Of a stretch of 33,628 bases of DNA, positions 10,439-21,944 are shown in pieces. The DNA comes from Octopus bimaculoides (Eukaryota). The position numbers and the translations under genes were made by a program. The stretch is from the NCBI RefSeq assembly GCF_001194135.2, contig NC_068987.1:16569415-16603042 (forward strand). Direction: 5' to 3'. Positions within the stretch are counted from its first letter, which is position 1; each line of letters starts with the position of its first letter. Under the pieces are notes generated by a model. The model worked only from the letters and a program-made list of their open reading frames with translations. It was not told the DNA's origin and searched no databases.

Positions 10439-11091
10439 TGTGCCTAGAGTAGAAAAGAATATAATCCTTTCTATTATAGGCACAATGTCTCAGAAACCAA
10501 TGTAATGAAATTGAAATATAAGAGTGAAGAACGGAAGTATGGAAGACAAAACAAGTGATTACATTTTATCTTCTATGTTTCTATTTCGAAGTTAATGCCT
10601 CTTTGTCAGGATAAACAATAGAGGATGGTGTCGCAATGGTTTCTTTTACTCAGGTGTGAGGGTTTTAAAAAACTTTTCAAATAAAGAGTTCTCCATTAAT
10701 TTCAAACTTGTAATACGAAGCGTATCAGTAGTTCATTTTATTTTATTTCTTGTATGACACGAAGTTAAAGCAATTAAAAACTATTAGCGAATTTATAGAA
10801 GATTAAATAATACCGAAGTAACCTTCTGCTTTCGTTGCGAATGCTTCATAAAGTTAAAGGAAAAGGCACTTCCTTTAACAAGTTTCACGAAGAAAGAAGC
10901 ATGTCTACTATTGCCTTCCGTACTTGGCATGATAAAATAACAAAAAAAAAATAATGTCGGTCACCGATTAACATTACATTTGCTTTGTAGCTTGTCGGAT
11001 GCCGGATGGCTTTATTTCTAATGTACCAAGCATTAATTATGCTTTCATCTACATCCATTGAACAATTAATTGTTATGCAGGCGACTTCCTA

Positions 11092-11270
11092 AAGCAGTGG
11101 ATAAGAGAATCGTTAGAGCGTCGGAGAAGTGCTTTGCAGAAATTTAGTTCCGACTATTTCAGTTCAGAGTTCAAATCCTAGCAAGGTTATATTTGTTTTT
11201 CTATCTCCCGGTGGCAATAAATCACCCTTCTCCCAGTTAAATACTGTGTAAAGGGCGATTTAATCGACTG
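11092..11270 (+). mobile_element. Degenerate SINE family C copy
   Basis: GAATCGTTAGAGCGTCGG...GTTCAGAGTTCAAATCC...GATTTAATCGACT follows the family C layout. Confidence 0.6.
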
Positions 11271-12869
11271 ATACTGGTATTTTTCAGGCTTCTTCTTCAA
11301 GTAGGAAACTACGGATGAAAATTACGGATGAATCTTCTCAGTGTTGCTTACTCTTTAAGGGCTGATTAGGGTATAAACAGGGTATAAACATCTCAGTATT
11401 CCTTTGAGGAGTAGCCCCCTCAGGTATTATTAGCTTTAAAGGACATACATATAATAAAAAAAATGCTTCACACATTAACGAGATACGCGGTGTGTCTGTC
11501 ACCGTATTCAAAGCAAGAAAGTGAAGTTGAAGTAGCTTACGGTTATAACTATAAAATATCCTAGTACAATTTAGAATAGAACTAGTTTGAGAAAACATTT
11601 ACCAAATCAGCTGGTTGTTTTAAAAGAAACCGAATATTTTTATTTATTCAAAACTGAATTTTGTATCGTGAAGAGGTTTTTAACGAAGTATTATTTTGAA
11701 GTTTAAAATTTCCTTAAGTATTCGTTTTAAAACTTCTTAAGAGAGTTAATAATACAGGTATTTATATAATTTTTGCTGAATATTGTCAAACAAGAATGTG
11801 GTATAAGAGACTAAAATATTTTCATGGGAAAAATTATTTAAAAAGACTTGAAGCACTTAATAAATTTTTTAGATTTAAAAATCTTTCCTTTTTAAAAACA
11901 AAGAAAACCAATCAAACAAAAGCAAACAAACCAAAAGAGATTTACATTTATTTTAATAGAGCATTACACAAGTTTATTTAAAATGCAGAGGATTATGAAT
12001 TACATTTTCCGTTCTAAATTTATTCTTTTTAAAATGCATGTGAAATTATAAGAAATATATATATTTATTTAAAATCATCGAAAGAAAGAAAGAAAGAAAA
12101 ACTATTTTCCCTGCTGAGAAATCTAATGGCATTTTTTTTTTACGGCGAAGTTGGAAAAATTCCGGAATTGCGTGGGATAACTAGGATAAGATAAAGAAAC
12201 TACTCTAAAAAATATATTAATGGATAATTCAAGGGAAAGAACACAGTGATTCGTTTTTTTTTCTACTTTTTCTCAAATGAAATAAGAATTCTTAGAATTT
12301 TCAATATATATTGACAAAGAAAAAAATAAATAAAAAAGACAAAACAAAATAAAAATGAAACTAGTTAATCACCAGAATAAATGCCTTATCACAAGTGGAA
12401 CCTGTTCATTATCCTTAGTGGCTACGTAAGTGCTAAAACATTACTAGATCATTACCCCACGTCGTCCAACCTTCCCAGAGAGCTTTTTAAATCTTTATAT
12501 ATTTAGACATATATTTACTTTAACTAGATTCCCCGTCGAGTCTTACATGAGTAAAAAAAAAAAAAAGAAATTAATAAATAAAAAGAAATCATCCTATGTA
12601 TTTCTTAATTAGTTTCTCTAACTCATTTACTCATTTTCTACTTGAAATTTTGCACTTTGGGTTACATAGATAGTTAATAGCTTTTTTCAGTTCATTCTAT
12701 ACATAGCCACGGGGATTGGAATAAAACCCAATTTGTCAATACAAAATATAGTTTGTGCGTGTTATCATGTATCTGAATACAAATGCGAGTAGTCTTAAGA
12801 TATATGATACACATAAAATATATAACAAATATACGCAAAAGAATATAATTACAAACGCGTGCGTGCATT

Positions 12870-12895
12870 CTCACAAACAAACACATACAAACATA

Positions 12896-12944
<49 letters not shown>

Positions 12945-13050
12945 ATATGTATATACATATATACATGTATATATGTATGTATACATATACATACATACAT
13001 ATATACACACACACATATATATATACATATATACACTCATATGTATGCAT
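12870..13050. repeat. (CA)/(TA)/(TACA) microsatellite
   Basis: Read directly from the sequence. Confidence 0.9.
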
Positions 13051-13379
13051 GCAAACGTGTACATTTGTTGTCACAACAAATATTTTGCTGTTTAGGCAAG
13101 TTTTAAGCCGCCATGGACGCGCTAACTTCTGATAATTTTAATCTTTCTGGCTATAATCATCCTTATTTACTTATTGACTGACGGACCTAAAAGATGGCCT
13201 GTAGAATGTCAGTCTTTTCCGCATTACATAGAGATTGACAAAAATATTTGGAAACAAAGGGACATAATTTAATTATTATTCAATAATTTCCTCCTTTAAC
13301 ACTACTGCGCAGTTGCATCAGGAAATGGAGGGACGTGGCCTAATGGTTAGAATAAAGCCTCAAGATAAAAAATAAGAAA

Positions 13380-13555
13380 CGGAGGGGAAGGGGATTAGTC
13401 GAAACTGTGGACCCTCGTACTTGACTGTTACTTAATTTTATCGACCTAGAAAGGGCTAAAGGTGAAGCTGACCTCGACGAGAATCGAACTCAGAACGTAA
13501 AGTGCCGAAACATACTGAAAAGCAGTTTGTCCATTGCTTTGCCAGTTTTGCCAAT
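13380..13555 (-). mobile_element. Degenerate SINE family C copy
   Basis: TTTATCGACCTAGAAAGG...GACCTCGACGAGAATCGAACTCAGAACGTAAAG matches family C. Confidence 0.7.
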
Positions 13556-13715
13556 CCAATCCATCTGTGAACGGTATTAATTGAGGAAGATATTAACAAA
13601 ACAGACATGACATACAAAAATGAAGTTTTACAGAGCAGAATTATTAAATAAAAGCTGTCACTTTCGTTGCTTAACAAGGAAGTATATTCTATGTAATTGA
13701 ATGACTGTGTCTTAA

Positions 13716-13930
13716 TTCTTTTATACTCTAAGCACAAGGCCCGAAATTTTGGCGAAGGGGCCAGTCGATTAGATCGATCCCAGTACGCAACTGGTACTTA
13801 ATTTATCGACCCCGAAAGGATGAAAGGCAAAGTCGACCTCGGCGGATTTTGAACTCAGAACGTTAAGACAGACGAAATTCCGCCAGGTATTTCGTCCGGC
13901 CTGCTAACGTTTCTGCCAGCTCGCCGCCTT
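13716..13930 (-). mobile_element. tRNA-derived SINE, family C, near-intact
   Basis: Minus strand reads AAGGCGGCGAGCTGGCAGAAACGTTAGC...GAGTTCAAAATCC (B box)...GGCCTTGTGCTTAGAG. 15-bp TSD ATGACTGT(G/A)TCTTAA at 13701-13715 and 13931-13945. Confidence 0.92.
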
Positions 13931-14087
13931 ATGACTGTATCTTAAATTAAAATACTTCAAAGCTTGCCAGCGAGTTGCGTATAGTTACATAGATATAGTT
14001 ACACACAGTTACATATATATGACTACAACGATATGGCTTACAACAAAGGCATGCAGCCACTAAGTTTGGTAGAAATTAAAGGCGATT

Positions 14088-14301
14088 TAAGGCGGTAAGC
14101 TGGCGGAATCATTAGCACGCTGGACAAAATGCCTAACAGCATTTCGTCCGTCTTCACGTTCTGAGTTCAAATTCCACCGAGGACAACTGTTCTTTACGTT
14201 CTTTCGAGGTCGATAAAATTACCAGTTGAATGCCGAAGTCGATGTAATTGATTTATCTCTCCTCCGAAATTGCTGGCCGTGTGCCAAAATTTGAAACGAA
14301 T
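14088..14301 (+). mobile_element. SINE family C, subfamily with GTGCCAAAATTTGAAAC tail
   Basis: TAAGGCGGTAAGCTGGCGGAATC...CTGAGTTCAAATTCC; perfect 13-bp TSD ATTAAAGGCGATT at 14075-14087 and 14302-14314. Confidence 0.9.
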
Positions 14302-14319
14302 ATTAAAGGCGATTATATT

Positions 14320-14402
14320 GATCCGCTTACTTGTCTGGTACTTATTCTATTCTCAGGAAGATGAAAGACGAAGGTTACCTTGGCGGAATTTGAACTCAAA
14401 AT
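14320..14402 (-). mobile_element. SINE family C fragment
   Basis: CTGGTACTTATT...GATGAAAG...CCTTGGCGGAATTTGAACTC. Confidence 0.65.
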
Positions 14403-14789
14403 ATAAAGAGACGTAATTATGCAGTAGGACATATTGATTCACCACTCTTTCTTTCTGGCATCAAGTTACGTGAATATTGCGTTGCATAAATATGCGTTGC
14501 TGAATTGACTTTAAAACATTAGATTGCTTTAATGACTGTTTTATGGCATCGTTGTAAATAACGGCGAACGAATTCCTAAGAAAAAATAGCATTAAAAAAA
14601 AAAAAAATGACTCCCACCTCTCACGAAATAAACGTTTACTTTTACCAAACAAAACAAACAAATAACGATGTTGTCCCTTATCCAGATTTCCTTCTTGCCC
14701 ATACTCTTGGGGAGTTTGAGAAGGTCATGAACACAGCTTCCGGTGGTGCCCCACGGCCGCAGTTCTCCTGTTGAAAGTAGTTAAAGAGT

Positions 14790-15125
14790 ATAGGCGCAGG
14801 CATGGCTATGTGATTAAGAAACTTGCTTTGCAGCCACTTGTCTTCGGGTTCACTCCTACAGCGAGGTACTTTGGGTAAATGTCTTCTACTATAACCCCAG
14901 GTCGACCATATCCTCGTGAGTGAATTTCGGAGACGGAAACTGAGTGGCATCCTGTCGTATATATGTGTGCATGTATATGTGTGTGTGTCTTTGAATTTGT
15001 TTGTCCTCCACCTCCGTTTGACAACGCGTTGGTTATTTTTTTAAGTCCCCATAACATAGCGGTTCAGCAAAAGAAAGCGATAGAATATCTACCAGAGTCC
15101 ATTTGCTCGACTAAACACGGTAAGG
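14790..15125 (+). mobile_element. tRNA-derived SINE, family D (CORE-like domain, internal TG/TA microsatellite)
   Basis: ATAGGCGCAGGCATGGCTATGTGATTAAG head, GGGTTCACTCC B-box-like motif, TTTGGGTAAATGTCTTCTACTATA CORE-like segment, internal (TG/TA)n. Homologous to 31505-31915. Confidence 0.85.
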
Positions 15126-15146
15126 TGGGGCACAAACTCTAATATA

Positions 15147-15304
15147 AACACACACACACACACACACAATGGATTTCCTCACAATGCAGTAGTCGGTCCG
15201 GAGCTATAGTAGAAGATACTTGTCCAAGGTACTGTGCAGTGAAACGGAACCTGAAACCACGTGGTTGCAAAGCGAGCTTCTTAACCACACAATTATGCTT
15301 GCGC
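15147..15304 (-). mobile_element. SINE family D, 5' half
   Basis: GCTATAGTAGAAGATACTTGTCCAAGGTAC...AACCACGTGGTTGCAAAGCGAGCTTCTTAACCACAC is the reverse complement of the D head. Confidence 0.8.
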
Positions 15305-15309
15305 TTAAT

Positions 15310-15555
15310 GTGGAGGCGTATGGCTTGGAGTTTAGGGGTGTTGGCCTAATGCTCATAAGATTGTGGTTTCGATTCCTGGACCGAGCGACGCGTTGTACTC
15401 TTCAGTAAGACACTTCATTTCACGTTGCTCCAGTCCACTCAGCTGGCAACAATGAGTAATCTTGCAACAGACCGGCGTCCCGTCCCATGGGGTGAATACA
15501 TACGCCACGGAAACCGGAAAACCGGCCTTGTGAGACTATATGACTCGGGAAGGGC
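15310..15555 (+). mobile_element. SINE family A copy
   Basis: GTGGAGGCGTATGG...GTTTCGATTCCTGGACCG...CACTTCATTTCACGTTGCTCCAGTCCACTC matches the reverse complement of 593-858. Confidence 0.88.
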
Positions 15556-16309
15556 TTTTCATCTTAATGTATACAAACCACCAATCTTTTGGCTGATTGT
15601 ACAGTTCCTTATTCGTTTTTCCACCTCTTTCACCTACACATATTTCTAATACGAGAGGTCATTAGTGAAGCGTGAACCAACATACTGTGTCCTGTAACAG
15701 AAGAAAATTAAAAACAAATTCTTAATTAAAAAAAAGTTACTTCTACGCTTTGTTTACGAGAATCAATCATAACAGTTAGAGGTTGTTGGATGCTTAATGA
15801 ACCGTGTAACTGTTGACGTGCAAAGCAATTTAACATGTCCAAGTGCAGCACTGTCGGTTAAACTTCAACAATTATGTTAAGATAAAGTAAGAGATCACTG
15901 TAACAAAATATTCAAAATAAATTGTTTTACAGTTTTAAATATTTCGTTTTTTTAAATTTGGTTTGCAAAATTCTTGATGCGAATTCGCACGTTGAAACAG
16001 ACTTCGTTGCATCTCTGGAGAGTCATTACGCCAATAATAAACACATCCACTGGTTCAATTTTACTTCTTTATTATACTGTCATTGGTTATGTTTTTTTTT
16101 CTTTTTTTATCAAATCGACGAATAATGAACTGAAGTTGAACCTGTGTGGGTGTTTACTATTAGCATAAAACAACAGTTTTAAATATTTCTTCTGAAATGC
16201 AATTACGAATTTTCAGAGCTCTATTTGTTGGGGAAGTGGCTTTGATATGAAAACTCATTTCAAAACTGATGCAATTCCATCTTAGAGGAACCAGTTTAGC
16301 CAGCTAAGA

Positions 16310-16505
16310 CACACACGCACACACATACGCTCTCTCTCTCTCTCACATACACACACACACACACACACACTCTCTCTCTCTCATACACACACACACTCTC
16401 TCTCTCTCATACATACACACTCTTTCTTTCTCTCTCTCTACCACACACACTCTTTCTTCCTCTCTTTCTTCTCTCTCTTCTCACATACACGCACACGCAT
16501 ACACA
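16310..16505. repeat. (CA)n/(CT)n compound microsatellite with a higher-order TCTCTCTCTCTCATACACAC unit
   Basis: Read directly from the sequence. Confidence 0.9.
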
Positions 16506-16580
16506 CCGACAAAGTCTCGCATTTTCATTGATTTCGCTGGGTGTCAGTCAGAAATTACGTCGCACCACTGCGGGCTAGGA

Positions 16581-16752
16581 TGGGCGAAGTCGATTAAATC
16601 GACCCAGTGCTCAACTGGTACTTATTTTATCGACTCCGAAAGTATGAAAGGCGAGATCGACCTTGGTGGAATTTGAACTCAGAACAAAAAGTGTGCGAAG
16701 CGCCGCTAAGCATTTTCCCGGCGTGCTTAACGATTCTGCCAATTCACCACTT
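16581..16752 (-). mobile_element. SINE family C copy
   Basis: AACTGGTACTTATTTTATCGACTCCGAAAG...GGAATTTGAACTCAGAAC...GGCGTGCTTAACGATTCTGCCA. Confidence 0.82.
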
Positions 16753-17659
16753 TCTTAAAAAGGTGGCCTGCAAGCTGCTACAGAGAATCGAAACCCATAC
16801 CTCTCAATCCCTGCTTAAGTGCTCTGTAACATTAAGCTAAGTAACCCATGACAATACAAATTTATATTAAAATATATAAGCACGGGTATAGTTATGCGGT
16901 CAAGAAGTTCGCTTTGCAAACGTCGTGGTTCTCGGCGCAATCCCAGCGCGTATTCTACTTCGACTAGTAAAACTGCACGCATTTAATTCGGTAATCTGCG
17001 CTCCCAGTTAATTTACCGTGATTAATTCAAAGATAAGAATAGAATTATATAATAACTCTAAATATCCACAACTTATAAAATTATATTATGTTCCACGTTA
17101 ATACTTGAATACAATCATAACGAAATTAATTGAATTAACTAACAAAGGCACGGCTGTTCTATGTTTGCGCCTGCATTTGTCAAAAGAATAATACTTTCTT
17201 AAACCTACCTCACAGACTAACTTGCATTGGTTGGGAATATAGTTAACGTCCGTGTAACATACGACCCAGGAGCCAGTTGCCACATGACTAATTAATTAAC
17301 CTGTGCGCAATAAGCTAATTTTGATTAATTATTATATTTTAATAATGATAATAATTACTAATTCGCACGTTAGCAATTCTTAGAAATGTCTAAAAATGCT
17401 TGTAATCGGCTTATGCATTTGTAGTATTATTATCGACCGTGGAAGGATGAAGATCAACATTATGTTCGGCACGATGTGAATTTAGTGCATCGGAAAATGT
17501 TATTTTTATAATTCATTTGCTTCAATCGTTGGACGCCAACCATACTGGAGCACTGCCATGAAAGGTTTTAGTGGAAAAAATCGACTCCAGCACTTATGTT
17601 ATTTTTTAAAGTCTGGTACGTATTCTATTGGTTACTATACTGTAGGGTGTGTGTGACAA

Positions 17660-17697
<38 letters not shown>

Positions 17698-17716
17698 TAG
17701 GTTTCTACATAGTTTC

Positions 17717-17939
17717 TTATTTCTTTATTGCCCACAAGGGACTAAACATAGAGGGATCAAACAAGGACAGACAAAGGGATTAAGTCAATTACATCGACCC
17801 AGTGCGCAGCTGGTACTTATTTAATCGACGCCGAAAGGATGAAAGGCTAAGTCGACCTCGGCGGAATTTGAAGTCAGAGCATAAAGACGGACGAAATACC
17901 ACTAAGCATTTCGCCCGGCGTGCTAACGTTTCTGCCAGC
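17717..17939 (-). mobile_element. SINE family C' (GTCCTTGTTTG...GGGCAATAAAGAAATAA tail), nested in D
   Basis: Family C body plus a tail homologous to 19355-19422. Confidence 0.88.
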
Positions 17940-18069
17940 CAAATTCACTCAGAAACAATTGATCAGCTCGGGGCTATAGTAAAAAGACAGTTTTTCAATG
18001 TCACGCTATTGGACTGAACTCAAAACCTCATAATTGCAAAGCGAGTTTCTTAAACTACGCAGACATACC

Positions 18070-18263
18070 CAGTGCTGGATTCACCATTGTGGTTAGATGT
18101 GCTTAAGCACAGGGCCCCGTTGACCAGGAAGTGGGGAGAGGCATCTTCCTGCCCCAGATCTTTTTTACGATGAATTTTTCAAATGTCAAACGTTCAAATA
18201 TTCAAGTAAGGAGCCTCAAAACTTAACTACTCCAGGGCCTCATTTGTCCTAAGTCCGGCACTG
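18070..18263. mobile_element. hAT-like MITE (194 bp)
   Basis: Termini CAGTGCTGGATTCA and TAAGTCCGGCACTG form an imperfect terminal inverted repeat. Flanking 8-mers GACATACC (18062-18069) and GACATATG (18264-18271) fit the 8-bp TSD of hAT elements. Confidence 0.65.
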
Positions 18264-18551
18264 GACATATGCGAACCTGTATCGGAGACGAGTACTAGAA
18301 GACATTTTATTCGTGCCTTTATCGATTCTACCAATAGCCAAATAGTAATGGTTTATAATTTAGGAACAAACCTCTTAGTTTTCAGAGGAGAGGGTGTTGA
18401 GTCGATACCATAGAACTCAGTAACTGACTGATTCTTTATTTTATCAAACTTGAAAGGTGAAGTGCAAAATTTCTCACGGCAGGATGTGAACCATTGAAAT
18501 AAGAAAGGAAAGCGTGGGAGTAAATATCACTCGGCATTTCGCCGACGTTCT

Positions 18552-18940
18552 GTGGTTGTTGGCACTCCGTCGCTTACGACGTCGAGTGTAATCCAGTTGA
18601 ACCGATCAACGGAACAGCCTGCTCGTGAAATTAACGTGTAAGTGGCTGAGCACTTCACAGACACGTGTACCCTTAACGTAGTTCTCGAGTATATTCAGCG
18701 TGACACAGTGTGTCAAGGCTGGCCCTTTGAAATACAGGTACAACAGAAACAGGAAGTAAGAGTGAGAGAAAGTTGTGGTGGAAGAGTACAGCAGGGTTCG
18801 CCACCATCCCCTGCCGAAGCCTCTTGGAGCTTTAGGTGTTTTCGCTCAATAAACACTCACAACGCCCGGAATGGGAATCGAAACCGCGATCCTATGACCG
18901 CGAGTCCGCTGCCGTAACCACTGGGCCATTGCGCCTCCAC
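18552..18940 (-). mobile_element. SINE family B, copy 2
   Basis: Near-identical to the other B copies. 10-bp TSD CC(G/T)ACGTTCT at 18542-18551 and 18941-18950. Inserted into a decayed C-like element (about 18355-18965). Confidence 0.93.
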
Positions 18941-19205
18941 CCTACGTTCTAATGATTCTGCTAAAGTATCTCTTTTTATGGTTTCTAATTTAGGCCCATG
19001 CCTAACATTATTTTTATAGAGGGGATTAGCTGCTATCATACGTGAAAGCACAGAGGGCAAGCAAAGTGCAAGCTCTAGTCCTACAATATCAAAAGTAAAA
19101 TATGGTTTATTGAAGTTAAAAATATTAAAAAATTCACCAACTGTTAATCGGGGTTTCATATCAGACAGAAGTGAACTTTTGGACAATGCAATATCTAATA
19201 AATGT

Positions 19206-19620
19206 AAGGCGGCGAGCTGGCAGAAACGTTAGCATGCCGGGCGATATTTAGCGGTATTTCGTCTGCTGTTACGTTCTAAGTTCAAATTCCATCGAGGTCG
19301 ACTTTGCCTTTCATCCTTTCGGGTTCGATAACGCACCGGGGTCGATGTAATCGACTTAATCAGTTTTTCTGTCCTTGCCTGTCCCCTCTGTGTGTAGCCC
19401 CTTGTAGGCAGTAAGGAAATAAGAAACGTTAGTACACCGGACGAAATACTTAGCGGTATTTCGTCTGTCTTTATCTTCTGAGTTCAAATTCCGTCGATGT
19501 CGATTTTGCCTTTCATCCTTTCGGGGTCGATAAATTAAATACCAGTTGCGTATTGAGGTCGATCTAATCGACTGACCCCCTCCACAAAAATCACGGGCCT
19601 TGTGGCTAGAGTAGAAAAGA
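19206..19620 (+). mobile_element. Dimeric SINE: full C' monomer plus 5'-truncated C monomer
   Basis: Two tandem C bodies with different tails, joined at GAAATAAG|AAACGTTAG. A single 15-bp TSD ATAT(C/T)TAATAAATGT at 19191-19205 and 19621-19635. Confidence 0.88.
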
Positions 19621-19644
19621 ATATTTAATAAATGTTTATAACAC

Positions 19645-19916
<272 letters not shown>

Positions 19917-21944
19917 TTGCCTCCAATACAATATGGATATCGATTAAATATTGTTATCAGTCATGTGGCGGATTGCCTTCATTAATTGGATCGTTAAGAT
20001 GTTTTATCTTCAGTCTTATCTGTGCTAATTAATGAGATATACTCTTGGACTTTCGGCTGCTAAAAGACTAAAACCTCTTTCTCTTACTTTAACTATCAAA
20101 ATTTTGTCTTTAAATCAAATCTGACTCAGTCATATGCAACCGAAACGTTAAAGATAATTGTCACAACAAAAGTAGTTGATCAACTGAAAAATCTTGCGTC
20201 TTATAATAATTAGGTAATTCACATCTCACTTCTAGAGATGAACATTTACAGCTTCTCAGTAATTTTCTAATTTCGACTGCATTGTGATAATAATAGTTAC
20301 TAGAATTGGTAAACTAGTGGTGGTCTGTTTATTCCTACCTCGAAACATTAATCTTTACATCACCTAACATCATCAATCAGCGTAGTAACGTAAAATTATT
20401 CTATTTTTATTTCCCAAGCATTCTAATAACGTTTGACAGGTGAATAAGATACAAGGATTTCAACTAGAATTGGCCTAGACAGTATCAATCTGAAGAGAAC
20501 CACCTAATTACCGTATGCTATATGTAAATGCCATAAACCGTCGTAGGTGGATGTATCCTTTGATATTTTTATGAATGCCATATATTAACGTAGCTTGTTT
20601 CTTCCTTTGATAGTGTTGGTCATAATCAGCATAAAGATCGTAGCCAGTTAAATTAAAATAGTTCCATAGAAACAGCTGAATTGTTTGAGGGTTAATTGTG
20701 GCTAGTGAATTAAGCAGTTAACTCCGAACTTGCCCTGTCTATGTAGATGTACGCGGGCGGAATATATCATAATTAATGGCTTGTATCGTTAGCTCATAAG
20801 GATGAGTTTAAAGTTATTTGTAGGCTGAAGCACCCCCTCTGTCATTAGTTTCCATAGAATCATATCATTCCTATGATAACGTGAACTTAAAAGGAATGAA
20901 TATTTGCGTTAAAACAGTGAAACATTTCATGTACTGCATGCTGGAAAATAATTTTTTTTTGTCTTCATCTTCTGAGATTCAAACGAAGATTGAAAAGAAT
21001 CAACGGGGTGAACTTTAAACAAATCTCTTGATTGGTGCACACACATCAACTGAAATTGATAGACACGCGTAAAGATTTACACGCATACATACACATTTAA
21101 ATTAATTCCGCGAAGGAGGAAGAACAAAATCGTTTGGGAAGAAATCATTTTCATGTACGGTAAACAGTTTATGATTCTTTGATTCGAAACATGACAGAAG
21201 TTAACGCGATTCAGCTGTAATTAAAAGTAAGACAAATTTCTGTTCTTGATTGCGAAATCATTCACTGAAGAATGCAAGATTTGATTTGAATAAAAAGAAG
21301 AATTTTGAAAAACCAATCGATCGTTTGCAGTTAAATAATCACAGAAAAGGAGGAATGTGAAAATAGCAACAGTCAGTCATGATGCCAAATTCAATCAGTT
21401 GCTAAAGAATGCTGAGAATTAATAAAAATCTGTCATTGCTTCGCAATTAGTTTACATCGAAAATGAAATCTAAAAATATTCAAAACCAAGAATATTTACA
21501 TAACCTAGGTAGTTTTTAGCTAACGGCTGTGTCTAGCTTTACAGCTCTATTTATTGAGGCCTTTTAAAACAATTTTTGTGGCAGCCAATGCCGACCAAGT
21601 AGTAGGTTGATGTTGATTTGAACGCATCCTGGTGTCGGTAGGTTTTTTAAATAGCCATATATGCATCATATATCATGTATGCACTCTGCCGATATCTGTG
21701 TTAAAACAACAATAAATGGGCGCGACCAGCGAAAGCGTCAGATGCATTTCGGGGTCTTCAGAGCTTTTTCAATAACGCATATTCGCAGCTAGCCACATGT
21801 TCGAACGAGAATTAGTCGCGTGTTATATTAGAAAAAGTAAACAAAACATTCGCTGAAGACGCAAATATCCACCCAGTTGAATAAAAATCGGTATACATAA
21901 CTGTAGACGTATCAAAGTAAAATAGCTAGCTATATAACATACTT

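Larger units (their letters stand above)
17512..18280 (-). mobile_element. Old SINE family D copy interrupted by a C SINE and a hAT-like MITE
   Basis: D tail (CATACTGGAGCACTGCC...ATCGACTCCAG) at about 17512-17716, D middle and head (CAAATTCACTC...GGGGCTATAGTAAAAAGAC...TTGCAAAGCGAG) at 17940-18069, with the remainder after 18263. Confidence 0.7.

Noticed and set aside
12141-12170. Mariner-like 5' inverted repeat (TACGGCG...AAAAATTCCGGAATT)
   Set aside because: Only a weak match to the 23589-23618 repeat, 11 kb away, with no transposase sequence following.
18642-19186. ORFs 18642-18917 (+) and 18857-19186 (-)
   Set aside because: They lie largely in or overlap SINE B and resemble no protein family.
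21741-21761. Minus-strand CUGAAGA-CCCC-GAA-AUGCAU-C hammerhead-like motif
   Set aside because: The core and palindrome are present, but no stem I or stem II pairing is possible; compatible with chance.
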